Assembly (NCBI GenBank): GCA_963760795.1
Contig: CAVXEP010000017.1
Coordinates: forward strand, 1-64,000
Reading direction: 5' to 3'
DNA from: an uncultured delta proteobacterium
GTDB lineage: Bacteria; Desulfobacterota; Binatia; UBA9968
DNA: 64,000 bases
Of the stretch, positions 32,157 through 42,159 are shown in pieces. How positions within the stretch are numbered: position 1 is the first letter of the stretch; every line of letters begins with the position of its first letter. Below the pieces are notes generated by a model, which did not search any database, had not been told where the DNA came from, and was given only the letters and a program-made list of their open reading frames with translations. Position numbers and translations under genes: made by a program.

Positions 32157-32322
32157 CTTACCGTTGGAGACAGCCGGTCTGAATTCTTACGTCCTCTCCC
32201 ACTGGAAGGGACAGAGGTGAAGGCTCTGTCGCAGCAAACCAGAACCCTCACCCTAACCCTCCCAAAGGCGCTGGGTAATATCTTTGCGCACCGCGATAAT
32301 GAGCAATCATACGGGGCCATCC

Positions 32323-33319
32323 ATGGATCAAAAAGGCATCCTCTACCTGTCGAATAACGACGTTAAAAAAGTCCTCGACCTCGGCCGGGCCATCGAGATC
32401 ACCGAGCAGGCGCTGCGCGACCACAGCGAGGGGCGGGTCACCTGGTCGACGCCGGAAGATCTTCGCGATCAAACCGGAGCAAGGCTGGCAGTCCTGGGTT
32501 ACCGGTTGCGCGTTGCAGACATCGCCGGTAGCCGGCTTTCGCATTCGTTCCATCAAAGCCGCCGGCGGCAGCCGGGATGTCTCGCGCCCGCCGCGCGGAC
32601 CGAGACGAATGCTGATACTCAGCGATCTTGAAGGCGGCGAGATCCTCTCCTTCATGGATGAAGACTGGTGCCACGCCGTGCGCACCGCGGCGGCGGCAAC
32701 CGTCGCCATGCGGCTGCTCGCGCGCAAGGGCGCAAGCACGATGGCGATGCTCGGCGCCGGCGACACCGCTCGCGCCGCCGTGCCAGTAATGGCGCAAGCG
32801 TTCAACCTAAAAGAAATCCGCGTCACCTCGCGCACGCCCGAGTCGCGGCAAAACTACGCCAGGGAAATCAGCCAGGAATACGGACTAAACATGGTCCCGG
32901 TGGAATCCACGGAAGCAGCGCTCAAAGGCGCGGACGTCGTGATCTCGGCAACCACCACATCGACGCCATTCGTGAAAGACAGCTGGCTCGGCGAAGGAAT
33001 AACCGTTTATTCCATCGGTAAGAACCAGGAGGTGGACAGCGAAGTTTACAAAAACGCCGACAAGTTCATCGTCGACAGTTGGGTCCACTGCAAAAACAAG
33101 TCGGACATGCAGCGCATGCTCAAAGAAAATTATTTGAGCGAAAAGGATCTCTACGCCGAGCTGCCGGAGCTACTCTCCGGCAAAAAGCCAGGACGGCAAT
33201 CCGATCAGGAACGGATCTTCATCCGCGCCATCGGCCTGGTCAATCAAGACATCGCCATGGCCGATCACATTTTTCGCAGCGCTCTGGAAAAAGGTATCGG
33301 CACCCGGCTGCCGTATTGA
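32323..33319 (+). CDS. Ornithine cyclodeaminase/mu-crystallin family protein, second paralog (indel ~32460)
   Basis: ILYLSNNDV, VRTAAAA, GAGDTA, ADVVISAT, ELPELLSGKKPGR, GLVNQDIA. Confidence 0.85.
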
Positions 33320-33424
33320 CGTTGCTCCGTTGATTCGGGCGACCCCGCTACCACACCAAGGCGTCATCAGCCAATAGGCAATACCAAGAAGTTTGGAATC
33401 ACCATTTTCGGAGGGGAGAAGAGG

Positions 33425-34454
33425 ATGAACAAAAAACTCCAGAGACAATGGTTAAATTATTCTTTCGGCAATCCAAAATGGCTTGGGCTTTTCGCTCTGC
33501 TTTACATATTCGCGTTGAGTGCGACGGGAATGGGCGATGCCCAGCCAACAAAGGTTTGGAAGATCGGCGTGCTGGTTTCGAGCTCGCAGGCGTTGAACGC
33601 TGCCCGCGACGAGGCTTTGCGCCAGGGGCTGCGCGACCTGGGTTACGAAGAGGGCAAGAATATCGTCATGGAATATCGTTACGGCGAAGGAAAAACCGAC
33701 CGCTTGGCGGCCCTCGCGCGCGAGCTGGTCGAGCACAAAGTCGACGTCATCGTCGCCGGCGGCACCAGCGTTGCGGTGGCGGCGAAGAACGCCACCAGCA
33801 CGATACCGATCGTTGTCGCCGGCGCCGGCGATCTGGTCGAGGCCGGCTTGATCAATAGCTTCGTGTACCCCGGCGGCAACGTGACCGGTGTGGCGCGCCT
33901 GTCCGCCGACTTCTTCGGCGACCGAATCAAATTGATCAGAGAAATCGTTCCGAAAGGTTCTATGATAGCCGCGCTGTTCAATCCCAAGAACCCCGGCCAC
34001 GCCCGCAGCTTGAAGGATGCCGAGCTGGGAGTGCACTCGTCGGGAATGACCTTTCAATCCGTCGCGGCGAAATCCGCCAACGAATTGGACGGCGCCATTA
34101 GTGGCGCAGCCAAAGGCGGCGCCAAGATGCTTTTCCTCCTGACCGACGCTATGTTCAACAGTAACCTCGCGCCGATTGCGGCAAGCGCGATCAAATTCAA
34201 ACTGCCGTCGGTGTACGACCGTGGCGAGTTTGTCGAAGCCGGCGGACTGCTAAGCCACGGCGTCAACCTGCCTGACCTATCGCGGCGCGCCGCCGAGTAT
34301 GTCGATCAGATACTCAAAGGCAAAAAGCCCGGCGATCTCACCCTGGTCCAACCGATCAAGCTCGATCTGTCGATTAATCTCAAAGACCGCCAAACAGATC
34401 AACGTAACGATTCCAGCCCCGATGGTACAGCGCGCGGTGAAAGTCATTCAATGA
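33425..34454 (+). CDS. ABC-type substrate-binding protein (COG2984 type; indel ~34385)
   Basis: GLRDLGYEEGKN, ATSTIPIV, PGGNVTG, GGLLSHG, ILKGKKPGDL; corrected end INLKTAKQINVTIP. Confidence 0.88.
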
Positions 34455-34662
34455 AAGAAGCCAACCGGCATTAGGCAGTGGCAGCCAGGGAGCATGAATA
34501 AAAGAAGTGGGAAGCGACGGCTCGATTTCTTTTCGGCCAATTGAAAATCCGATAGCGGCCCCGCAGACGCAAAGCGGCGCATCTCACCCAAACGGAGTTG
34601 ACAAAGACTCCGTGTCGCGAGTTTGGCTCAAGGAAAACCAACCTCCCGAGAACTCGACTCCG

Positions 34663-35694
34663 CTACCGGATCTGAAAAATCTCGCGCCAGAGTTTTTGAT
34701 ACTTGGGATAGTCTTTGCCGTCTTCAACCGTCAGCATGTAGACCTTCGCCGGGCGGCTTTTTTCCAGCGGCTCCACTTTGGGATGGGCCGGGGTCTCGCC
34801 GGCTTGGGCGTAAACTTTCTGGCCTTCCTCGCTGATCAGCCAGCGCGCCCAGAGTAAGCCCGGCGTTGGGATGGGGCGAGTCTTTCAAAACTGTCACTGT
34901 GCCGCCGACATGGCCGACGCCTTCGGAGAGCATCAACTGCAACGGCGATCCTAACTTGATGCGCGGCGGGAAGTGATGTCCATAACAGGTCAAACAGACA
35001 TCGGCCTGGCCGGCCGCGAGGAGCTCGATCAATTGCGAGTGGCCGCGATGAAACTCGGGGTTGTTGACGGCGATCTTTTTGAACAGCTCGATGGCTTTGT
35101 CGTCGCTGGCGTACTTGTACTTGGCCAAGCCCATGAGCAATTGGAAATCCCGCGGCTCGGCAGCCAGTCGCTTATTCCACTTCGGATCGGCGAACTCTTC
35201 GAACTGCCTGGGCTCTTCGCCCTTTTTCACCCGGCTGGTGTTCCAACCGGCGACGAAGTATTCGGTATCCGACGCCACCCAGTAGCTGCCCTTCATGCCG
35301 GCGGGATAGGCGGCAGCTTCGGGTAGTGCAATATCCATCAGCAGGTTTTGTTCCTTCAACTGCTGCAGGTACACCTGCGTGCCGCCAAAGACATCGCCGA
35401 ACACTTTACCGCCGCGCGCCTCGGCGATGGCGCGCGCGACCAGCTTGTCGGAAGTCGCGTCGACATGCTCGATGGTGATACCGGGAAAACGCTTGCGGAA
35501 CGCCGGGAAAACGATCTCTTCGGTTTTCGCCGATAACGGCGCGTAGACAACCACGCGCCCTTCTTTTTTCGCCCGCTGATAAATCTCATCTAAAGATTGC
35601 GCCGCCACCGAGCCAGGCTGCAGGAGAAGATAACCAACAATAACGATTAAACTCGTCAGCGATTAGTTTTTCTCGAAAGACTACCGTAACCCAT
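34663..35694 (-). CDS. Extracellular solute-binding protein (AfuA type; indels ~34857, ~35665)
   Basis: AKKEGRVVVY, WNTSRVK, DPKW, SPHPNA; corrected C-terminus YQKLWREIFQIR; AGGAGG RBS. Confidence 0.8.
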
Positions 35695-35727
35695 GCCCAG
35701 TCCTCCTTCTAGGTTATTCGAACGAAA

Positions 35728-35775
35728 GGAGGGCGGACATTCCTGTCCGCCTGGCGGGTGGAAACCGCCTCCTAT
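35728..35775. repeat. GGAG-type REP doublet
   Basis: GGAGGGCGGACATTCCTGTCCGCC-TGGCGGGTGGAAACCGCCTCC; copy of 30917. Confidence 0.75.
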
Positions 35776-35841
35776 CGCTCCGTCGCGCAAAGCAGCTTTC
35801 GGTAATTTTTGAATTTCCCATCAGGCGCGCTTTGCGCGCGC

Positions 35842-36893
35842 CTACATATCCACCTTCACGCCGTTCTTGGCGCACTCGTCGGCGAACATTTGCCGCATCC
35901 ACTCGTCGCCTTCCTCGAACTCGATCTGCTCGACGCCGCGCTCTTCGCCTTGCACCGCCGTGTTGGCGTGTAGCGCGACAAACTTACAGGGCTTATTGCC
36001 GGTGTTGTAATGCTGGTGCCACGAGCCTGCCGGCGGCGAGATCACCGTGCCTTCATGCCAGTCGTAGCGCTGCGGCTTTGCGCCCTCCTGCCACATCAGC
36101 GTGTAGCCGGTGGAGTCGAGCAGAAACACATGGGCGCCGGGGCCGTGGCGGTGGGCTTTTTTGTAACGGCCGACGGGGAATTCCGAAACATGCGCCAGCA
36201 TCGAGCCGCCGGACATGTGAATATACATGTTGCGCGTGCCTTTGCCGCGCTTCTCGCGGGCGACGAGATTGATCTTGCGGATGTCGGGGATGAAATTGGA
36301 GTGTAAAATGCCGCCGTAGTACTCAGTGAAATATTTTCCTTCTTTGGCAAAGAACTCGGCGTCACCGGGATCGAAGCGGTCCTTGAACTGGTAATTGGTG
36401 TTGTAGATAAATTCCGGGTCGCGGTACAGCTCGAACGCCACCGGCTGGCTGGTCAGCGCGAAATAGCGGCCGGCTCGCTGCCGCTGGCATTGAAATGCTG
36501 GTGCCAGGCGTTGAGCGGAATCGCGAAGGTGCTGCCGCGCTCCCACTCAAAAGTTCGCTTCAACCTGCCGTCATACCACACCGAAGTCGCGCCGCGCCCG
36601 GCGGCGACAGTGATGATCTCTTCGTAGAGTTGGCGCTGCGGCTTGGAACTTTTCCCCGCATCGATCTCGCAAATATAGCCGTCCGCCACCATCTGATCGG
36701 AGAAAGTGCAAATCGCCCCTTTACAGTCTTTGCGCGGCCAATACTTGAGCGGTTCGGTGCGCACATCCTGGACGAACTCACCGCCGACGATCGGCACGCC
36801 CTCGGCTTTGAGCCAATTCTTGTACGGACTGTACTTGTCCATCATGAACTGGACATAGGGATGAACTTCAAATTCCTTCTGCGGCCCGGCCAT
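35842..36893 (-). CDS. Bicupin protein (gentisate 1,2-dioxygenase-like; indel ~36470)
   Basis: Two cupin repeats: QRQLYEEI...PLNAWHQHFN and AHRHGPGAH...PPAGSWHQHYN. Confidence 0.8.
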
Positions 36894-36975
36894 AAACTAC
36901 CTCCATGAACCTGCGCCGAACTTACTTCCCACAGTGAAGCAGTGTCAATGCTTGGAATCATGATGAAGGAGATCT

Positions 36976-37255
36976 CACCACGAAGATCGCGAAGGACACG
37001 AAGGTTTTGGACGAATTAAATTCCGAACTTCATGCTCTTCTGTCCTCCTTGAAAAGTGAGGGATGATATGCACATCGAAGAATCTCCGGAGCTCCGTCAT
37101 ACCCGCGAAAGCGGGTATCCAGGCTAATTCGGCGCAGAACTAAACCTGGATTCCCGCGTGCGCGGGAATGACGAATCGAGGAGGGGGGATGTTCTGGGAG
37201 TGGTAACCATTTTCATCGTCTATAGGCCAGCGCAAGCTCATGGACACTTCGTGGT
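36976..37255. mobile_element. Nested non-autonomous repeat element (CACGAAG hairpin interrupted by TGTCC...GGACA insert containing a REP doublet)
   Basis: Insert 37041-37246 flanked by CTTC on both sides; REP doublet 37095-37173; empty outer element at 54078. Confidence 0.72.
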
Positions 37256-37316
37256 AAATACGTCTTTGCTTGGTGGCGGACAAGGGTGATATACGACGGC
37301 TTGTGGAGGAATTACC

Positions 37317-38318
37317 ATGAGCCAAACCGTACGCGCCTTTGCGGTCGCTTTTTGTCTCCTGACGACACCGGTCCTAAGCTTTTCCCAAAGCAAAGATCTC
37401 ACGCGCATTCGCGTCAGCTACTCCTCCATCGGCGCCGCGTCGCTGCCGACCTGGGTTGCCGTGGACGCCGGCATCTTCAATAAACATGGCCTCGATGTCG
37501 GCTTGATTTACATCGGCGGCGGGCCGCGCGCCATGTCGACCACCATCGCCAACGAAACCCAGATCACTCAAGGCGCCGGTACCGGCAGCATCCTGGCGAA
37601 GGTGGGCGGCGCCGATACCGTCATGTTCGCCACGCTGGTAAATACCACGCCGCAAAGCCTGATCGTCCATCCGGACCTGCGCTCGCCGCAGGATTTGAAA
37701 GGCAAGAAGCTCGGCGTCACCCGCTTCGGCGCGCTCAGCGATTTCGGCGTGCGCAAATATTTGCAGAAAATCAATCTAGAGCCGGAAAAAGATGTCGCCC
37801 TCTTGCAATTGGGCGGCCTGCCGGAAATCCTCGCCGCCCTGCAGAGCGGCGCCATCCATGGCGGCGCACTGTCGTCGCCGGCGCTGACTAAAGCGAAGCA
37901 CTTAGGGTTCAAAGAATTGATGGATTTGGGTAATCTCGGCATTCAATATCCCGGTCTCTCCTATATGGCGACCGAATCCTACATCAAGACCCATCGCGCC
38001 ACCGTCATTAATTTTCTCAAAGCGATCATCGAGTCGACGCATAGCTTGAAGCGCAACAAAGACTTCACCATCCGCGTGCTGAAAAAATATACCAAGATGG
38101 ACGAGCCGGCCGTGCTCGACGAAACCTACGAATTGTTCACCCAGCGCTATTTCCGTCTGGTGCCAACGCCGTCGGGCGAAGAAGTAAAAACCGTCCTCGA
38201 CCAGATCAAGGACAAAGATCCAAAAGCCCGCACCACCGACTACGACAGCTTCATCCGCACCGATCTGCTGCGCGAGATCGAGCAGAGCGGCTTCATCAAG
38301 GCATTGGCCAAGGGTTAG
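37317..38318 (+). CDS. NMT1/SsuA/TauA-type substrate-binding protein
   Basis: Signal peptide; GIFNKHGLDV, DLKGKKLGVTRFG, AALQSGAI. Confidence 0.88.
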   Translation: MSQTVRAFAVAFCLLTTPVLSFSQSKDLTRIRVSYSSIGAASLPTWVAVDAGIFNKHGLDVGLIYIGGGPRAMSTTIANETQITQGAGTGSILAKVGGADTVMFATLVNTTPQSLIVHPDLRSPQDLKGKKLGVTRFGALSDFGVRKYLQKINLEPEKDVALLQLGGLPEILAALQSGAIHGGALSSPALTKAKHLGFKELMDLGNLGIQYPGLSYMATESYIKTHRATVINFLKAIIESTHSLKRNKDFTIRVLKKYTKMDEPAVLDETYELFTQRYFRLVPTPSGEEVKTVLDQIKDKDPKARTTDYDSFIRTDLLREIEQSGFIKALAKG

Positions 38319-38522
38319 CCGCCTAAATCAAAATCCGTAGGGAGTTTCGAGGTTAAGTCCCGATTGGCTCATCGAAGCCGGCCAAATTCGGGGTATTTTT
38401 TCACTTTCGCCTCGATCCGGCGGCGATTCCATTGCGGCTACCCTCATGGACTTTGCCAAGAAAAATGTGATAAGAATTTTGCTTCAATCCTGAATTATTA
38501 TTCATCACAAGGAGATAGAAGA

Positions 38523-39518
38523 ATGGCGACAAAGCTGAAATTTGGATTACTGCTGCCGCATTTTTGCGAGTATGGCTCCACCGAACTATGTGTTGAGGGA
38601 TCAAAAAAAGCCGAGGCTTATGGCTTCGACTCGGTTTGGGTCAGAGACCACTTGGTTTTCGAGCCCCATGGCATGGAAGGTGAAGACAACACCCACATCG
38701 AAGGCTTGCTGATCCTCGCGGCGGTGGCCACGGTTTGTAAAAAATTGACGCTCGGCACCGGCACGGTGATCTCCCATCGCCATCCGATTCATCTGGCACA
38801 ATCCATGGCCGGCTTGAGCACGATGTGCGAGAACCTCATCATGGGTCTGGGCCTTGGTACTTTTCCCCATGAATTCGAAGCCGCCGGTCACACCAAAACG
38901 ACACTGCAGGATCGCGCCAACGTCGCCAAGATCAATGCGCAGCTGTGCCGCCGCTTCTGGGCCGGTGAAAAGATCAGCTACAAGGACGACTATTACGATT
39001 TCAAGGACGTCGAGCTCAAACCGACGCCGAGCAAAAAAATTCCGATTTGGTACGGCGGCGGCACGCCGGCTTCGGCGCGCCGCGCGGCGGATTATTGCGA
39101 CGGCTGGATGCCTGGCCGTATTCCCACGGCGACATTCAATAAGATGGTGAAATACTTGGAAGAGCAGTGCAAGCTCGCCGGCCACCCCATGGTTACCACC
39201 GGCGCGATTCCGATCACCAGCATCGATAAGAATAGAGATGTCGCGCTCAGCAAGGTCAACACCAAGGGGCTGATCAACGAAGGCAACTCGCCGAGCAAAA
39301 AGACCTGGGTGAAACCGAAATCCGGGACCTTTTCGACTGTCGAAGATATAGAAGGCTTGCTGATGGCCGGCACCCCGGCGGATATCGCGCGCGACACCAA
39401 GCGTTACGAAGAGGCCGGCCTCAATCACATCGTTTTCGATCTGCGCTTCCGCTACGCCGATTGGTATCAGCAGATCGACTATCTGGGTCAGGAAGTGCTT
39501 CCCGCGGTTCGCGCGTAA
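38523..39518 (+). CDS. LLM-class (luciferase-like) flavin/F420-dependent oxidoreductase
   Basis: FGLLLP, AEAYGFDSVWVRDHL, LGLG, IPIWYGG, RRAADYCDGW. Confidence 0.88.
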   Translation: MATKLKFGLLLPHFCEYGSTELCVEGSKKAEAYGFDSVWVRDHLVFEPHGMEGEDNTHIEGLLILAAVATVCKKLTLGTGTVISHRHPIHLAQSMAGLSTMCENLIMGLGLGTFPHEFEAAGHTKTTLQDRANVAKINAQLCRRFWAGEKISYKDDYYDFKDVELKPTPSKKIPIWYGGGTPASARRAADYCDGWMPGRIPTATFNKMVKYLEEQCKLAGHPMVTTGAIPITSIDKNRDVALSKVNTKGLINEGNSPSKKTWVKPKSGTFSTVEDIEGLLMAGTPADIARDTKRYEEAGLNHIVFDLRFRYADWYQQIDYLGQEVLPAVRA

Positions 39519-39523
39519 TTAAG

Positions 39524-39598
39524 GTTCAAACAGTTCAAACATCCGATCCGAATCCGCAATACGGTTTGAACGACTTGAACGGTTTGAACTTTTTGAAC
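39524..39598. repeat. GTTCAA/TTGAAC 9-nt periodic inverted-repeat hairpin
   Basis: GTTCAAACA GTTCAAAC ... GTTTGAAC GACTTGAAC GGTTTGAAC TTTTTGAAC. Confidence 0.8.
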
Positions 39599-39617
39599 GA
39601 ACTTTAGGAGATCTAGA

Positions 39618-40538
39618 ATGCGTACCGAAAAAGTAAATTTCTACAGCGAAGGCATCAAGCTCGCCGGCGTGATTTACCTGCCAGACTCAGACCAAGGCAA
39701 GCCTTATCCCGGCATCGTTCAGGGTCCCGGCTTTCTCGGACTCAAAGACGCCAAGCACTATATCTTGATGTTCGAGAAGCTCTGCGCCGCCGGTTACGCC
39801 TGTCTGTGCTTCGATTACCGCGGTTGGGGCGATAGCGAAGGTGACGACCGCGGCTGGGTCATGCCCAAATGGCAGGCGGAAGATATCCGCAGCGCGCTCA
39901 GCTTCATGGAAACCCGCGCGGATATCGACCCCGACCGGCTCGCCACCTACGGCTCCGGCGGCACCGGCGGCGGCAACGCCGTCTACGTCGCGGCCATCGA
40001 TGCCCGGGTGAAATGCTGCGTCAGCTACCTGGGCGTCAGCAGCGGCCGCGAGTGGCTCCACTCCATGCGCCGCGAGTACGAATGGGTCGATTACTTGAAA
40101 AGCATGGAGGTCGACCGCAAGCAACGCGCGCTAACCGGCAAAGGCGCCATCGTCAGCGCCCGCGAAGGCGGCGTCATGGTGCAGACCCCGGAGCGCGTGA
40201 CCACTACGATCAAGAAAGACGTGGCCGATAAAATTCCCGACGCCATGCCGCTCGCCTGCGCCGAGGCGATCCTGGAATATAATCCCATCGATTTGGTGCA
40301 CAAGATTTCGCCGCGCGGCGTGCTCTTCATCGCCGTCGAAGGCGATGCGGTGACACCGGAACAGCAGTCCTTCGATTTATACAAAGCGGCGGGTGAGCCG
40401 AAGAAGTTGGTGCTCTATAAGAAAACCACCCACTACGGCATTTACAACGATTATTTCGACGATGTCGCCGCCAACGTGGTCGACTGGTATAACCGCCACT
40501 TGAAGTACCACAAAGTCGAAATCACCGAGACCAAGTAG
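39618..40538 (+). CDS. Alpha/beta-fold hydrolase (FrsA/CocE-like) with non-canonical nucleophile elbow
   Basis: FDYRGWGDSEG, IDPDRL, GSGGTGGG, EGDAVTP, TTHYGIY. Confidence 0.8.
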   Translation: MRTEKVNFYSEGIKLAGVIYLPDSDQGKPYPGIVQGPGFLGLKDAKHYILMFEKLCAAGYACLCFDYRGWGDSEGDDRGWVMPKWQAEDIRSALSFMETRADIDPDRLATYGSGGTGGGNAVYVAAIDARVKCCVSYLGVSSGREWLHSMRREYEWVDYLKSMEVDRKQRALTGKGAIVSAREGGVMVQTPERVTTTIKKDVADKIPDAMPLACAEAILEYNPIDLVHKISPRGVLFIAVEGDAVTPEQQSFDLYKAAGEPKKLVLYKKTTHYGIYNDYFDDVAANVVDWYNRHLKYHKVEITETK

Positions 40539-40547
40539 GAGTAGAAA

Positions 40548-41570
40548 ATGAACAAAATTTCCTTTGGCGTGCGCGTGCCCAACTCGGGACCGCTGTCGAG
40601 CATCGAGAACATCGTTAAAGCGACCAAGGCAGCCGAAAGCATGGGCTTCGACGCCGTCTGGGTGCATGACCATGTGGTGTGGAGTTCGGAAATGCACCGC
40701 CATCATATTTCGTCCGGCGCCGCCGAAGCGCTGACCGACACCCAGGATGCAAATTTTTTTGAAGCGACGACGATTCTGTCGTACTTGGCGGCGGAAACCA
40801 AAAAAATCGTCCTCGGCGTCGCCTGCTTGGTCATGCCCTGCCGCAATCCGATTTACGCCGCCAAACAATACTCGACCCTAGACATTCTTGCTCAGGGCCG
40901 TTTGCTGGTCGGCGTCGGTTTGGGTTCCAAAGCGACCCGCGAGTCGGACGAGTTCGGCGTCTTTGGCGTGCCCTATGATCGCCGCGGCGACCGCACGGAC
41001 GAATATATCGAAGCGATGAAAGCGATCTGGACCCAACCGCTGGCTTCTTACAAAGGCGATTTCATCCAATTCAACAATGCCGAAGTATTTCCCAAGCCGT
41101 TTCAAAAGCCCCATCCGCCAGTCTGGGTCGGCGGCTGGATGAAGCTCGCCGCCAAGCGCGCCGGTAAATACGGCGAAGGCTGGATTCCCGGCTGGTTGTC
41201 GCCGAAGGAGATGAAAGTCGGCTGCGATATTCTCAACAAGACCGCCGAAGACAATGGCCGCGATCCGAAAAAGATCACCATCGCCGTTGAAAAGCTGGCG
41301 ACCATCGCCAAGACCCGCGACGAAGGTTTGAACCTGGCGATGCCGACACTCAAAACCAGCAGCGAGAGCTACGAGCGCGACATCGACAGCATGCAGTTCG
41401 CCCTGGACCGCCATATCTTCGGTTCGGTGGACGATGTGCGCCGCCGCGTCGATGAGTTTATCGAAAACGGCGTGCAGCATTTTGAACTCAAGATCATCTA
41501 TCCGACCATGGATAGCTTGACCGAGCAGATGGAACTGTGGGCCGAGAATATTCTGCCGCGGTATAACTAA
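40548..41570 (+). CDS. LLM-class probable F420-dependent oxidoreductase
   Basis: FGVRVPN, GFDAVWVHDHV, GRLLVGVGLG, PKPFQKPHPPVWVGG. Confidence 0.88.
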   Translation: MNKISFGVRVPNSGPLSSIENIVKATKAAESMGFDAVWVHDHVVWSSEMHRHHISSGAAEALTDTQDANFFEATTILSYLAAETKKIVLGVACLVMPCRNPIYAAKQYSTLDILAQGRLLVGVGLGSKATRESDEFGVFGVPYDRRGDRTDEYIEAMKAIWTQPLASYKGDFIQFNNAEVFPKPFQKPHPPVWVGGWMKLAAKRAGKYGEGWIPGWLSPKEMKVGCDILNKTAEDNGRDPKKITIAVEKLATIAKTRDEGLNLAMPTLKTSSESYERDIDSMQFALDRHIFGSVDDVRRRVDEFIENGVQHFELKIIYPTMDSLTEQMELWAENILPRYN

Positions 41571-41573
41571 AGA

Positions 41574-41649
41574 TTGGAGTAATGGAGTGGCGGAGTGATG
41601 GAGTATTGGGTCTAAGAAAACCCAGCACTCCAGGACTCCATTACTCCAA
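41574..41649. repeat. GGAGT/ACTCC 8-nt periodic inverted-repeat hairpin
   Basis: TTGGAGTA ATGGAGTG GCGGAGTG ATGGAGTA TTGGGT...ACCCAG CACTCCAG GACTCCAT TACTCCAA. Confidence 0.85.
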
Positions 41650-41661
41650 TTGAACTTACCC

Positions 41662-42159
41662 ATGAATCTGCAATTTATCCTAAACGGCAAGCCCTGGTCG
41701 GTGGAGTGCGAGCCGGCGGACACGCTGGCCGAGGTGCTGCGCAATCAGCTCAACTTGAACGGCACGAAAGTGTCCTGCGAAGTGCAAGTGTGCGGCGCCT
41801 GCACGGTGCTGGTCGATAATCTGCCGGTGAGCGCCTGCACCTATCTCGCCTACGAAGCGCGCGGCAAAAACCTCTTGACCGTCGAAGGTTTGGAAAAAGC
41901 CGATGGCACGCTGCATCCGATCCAGCAGGCCTTCATCGACGAGTTCGCCTTTCAGTGCGGCTTCTGCACGCCGGGCATGATCATGGCGACCAAAGCGCTG
42001 TTGGATGAGATTCCCAATCCGACTCGCGAAGAGATCATCCACCACATGGACGGCAATATCTGCCGCTGCACCGGCTACGTGCCGATCGTCGCCGCCATCC
42101 AACGCGCCGCCGGCATGATGTCCAAGGAGATCCCAAGTGAGCGCCGAAAAGCCAACTGA
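41662..42159 (+). CDS. Molybdenum hydroxylase small 2x[2Fe-2S] subunit (CoxS/XdhC-like)
   Basis: CEVQVCGACTVL, QCGFCTPG, NICRCTGY. Confidence 0.92.
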   Translation: MNLQFILNGKPWSVECEPADTLAEVLRNQLNLNGTKVSCEVQVCGACTVLVDNLPVSACTYLAYEARGKNLLTVEGLEKADGTLHPIQQAFIDEFAFQCGFCTPGMIMATKALLDEIPNPTREEIIHHMDGNICRCTGYVPIVAAIQRAAGMMSKEIPSERRKAN

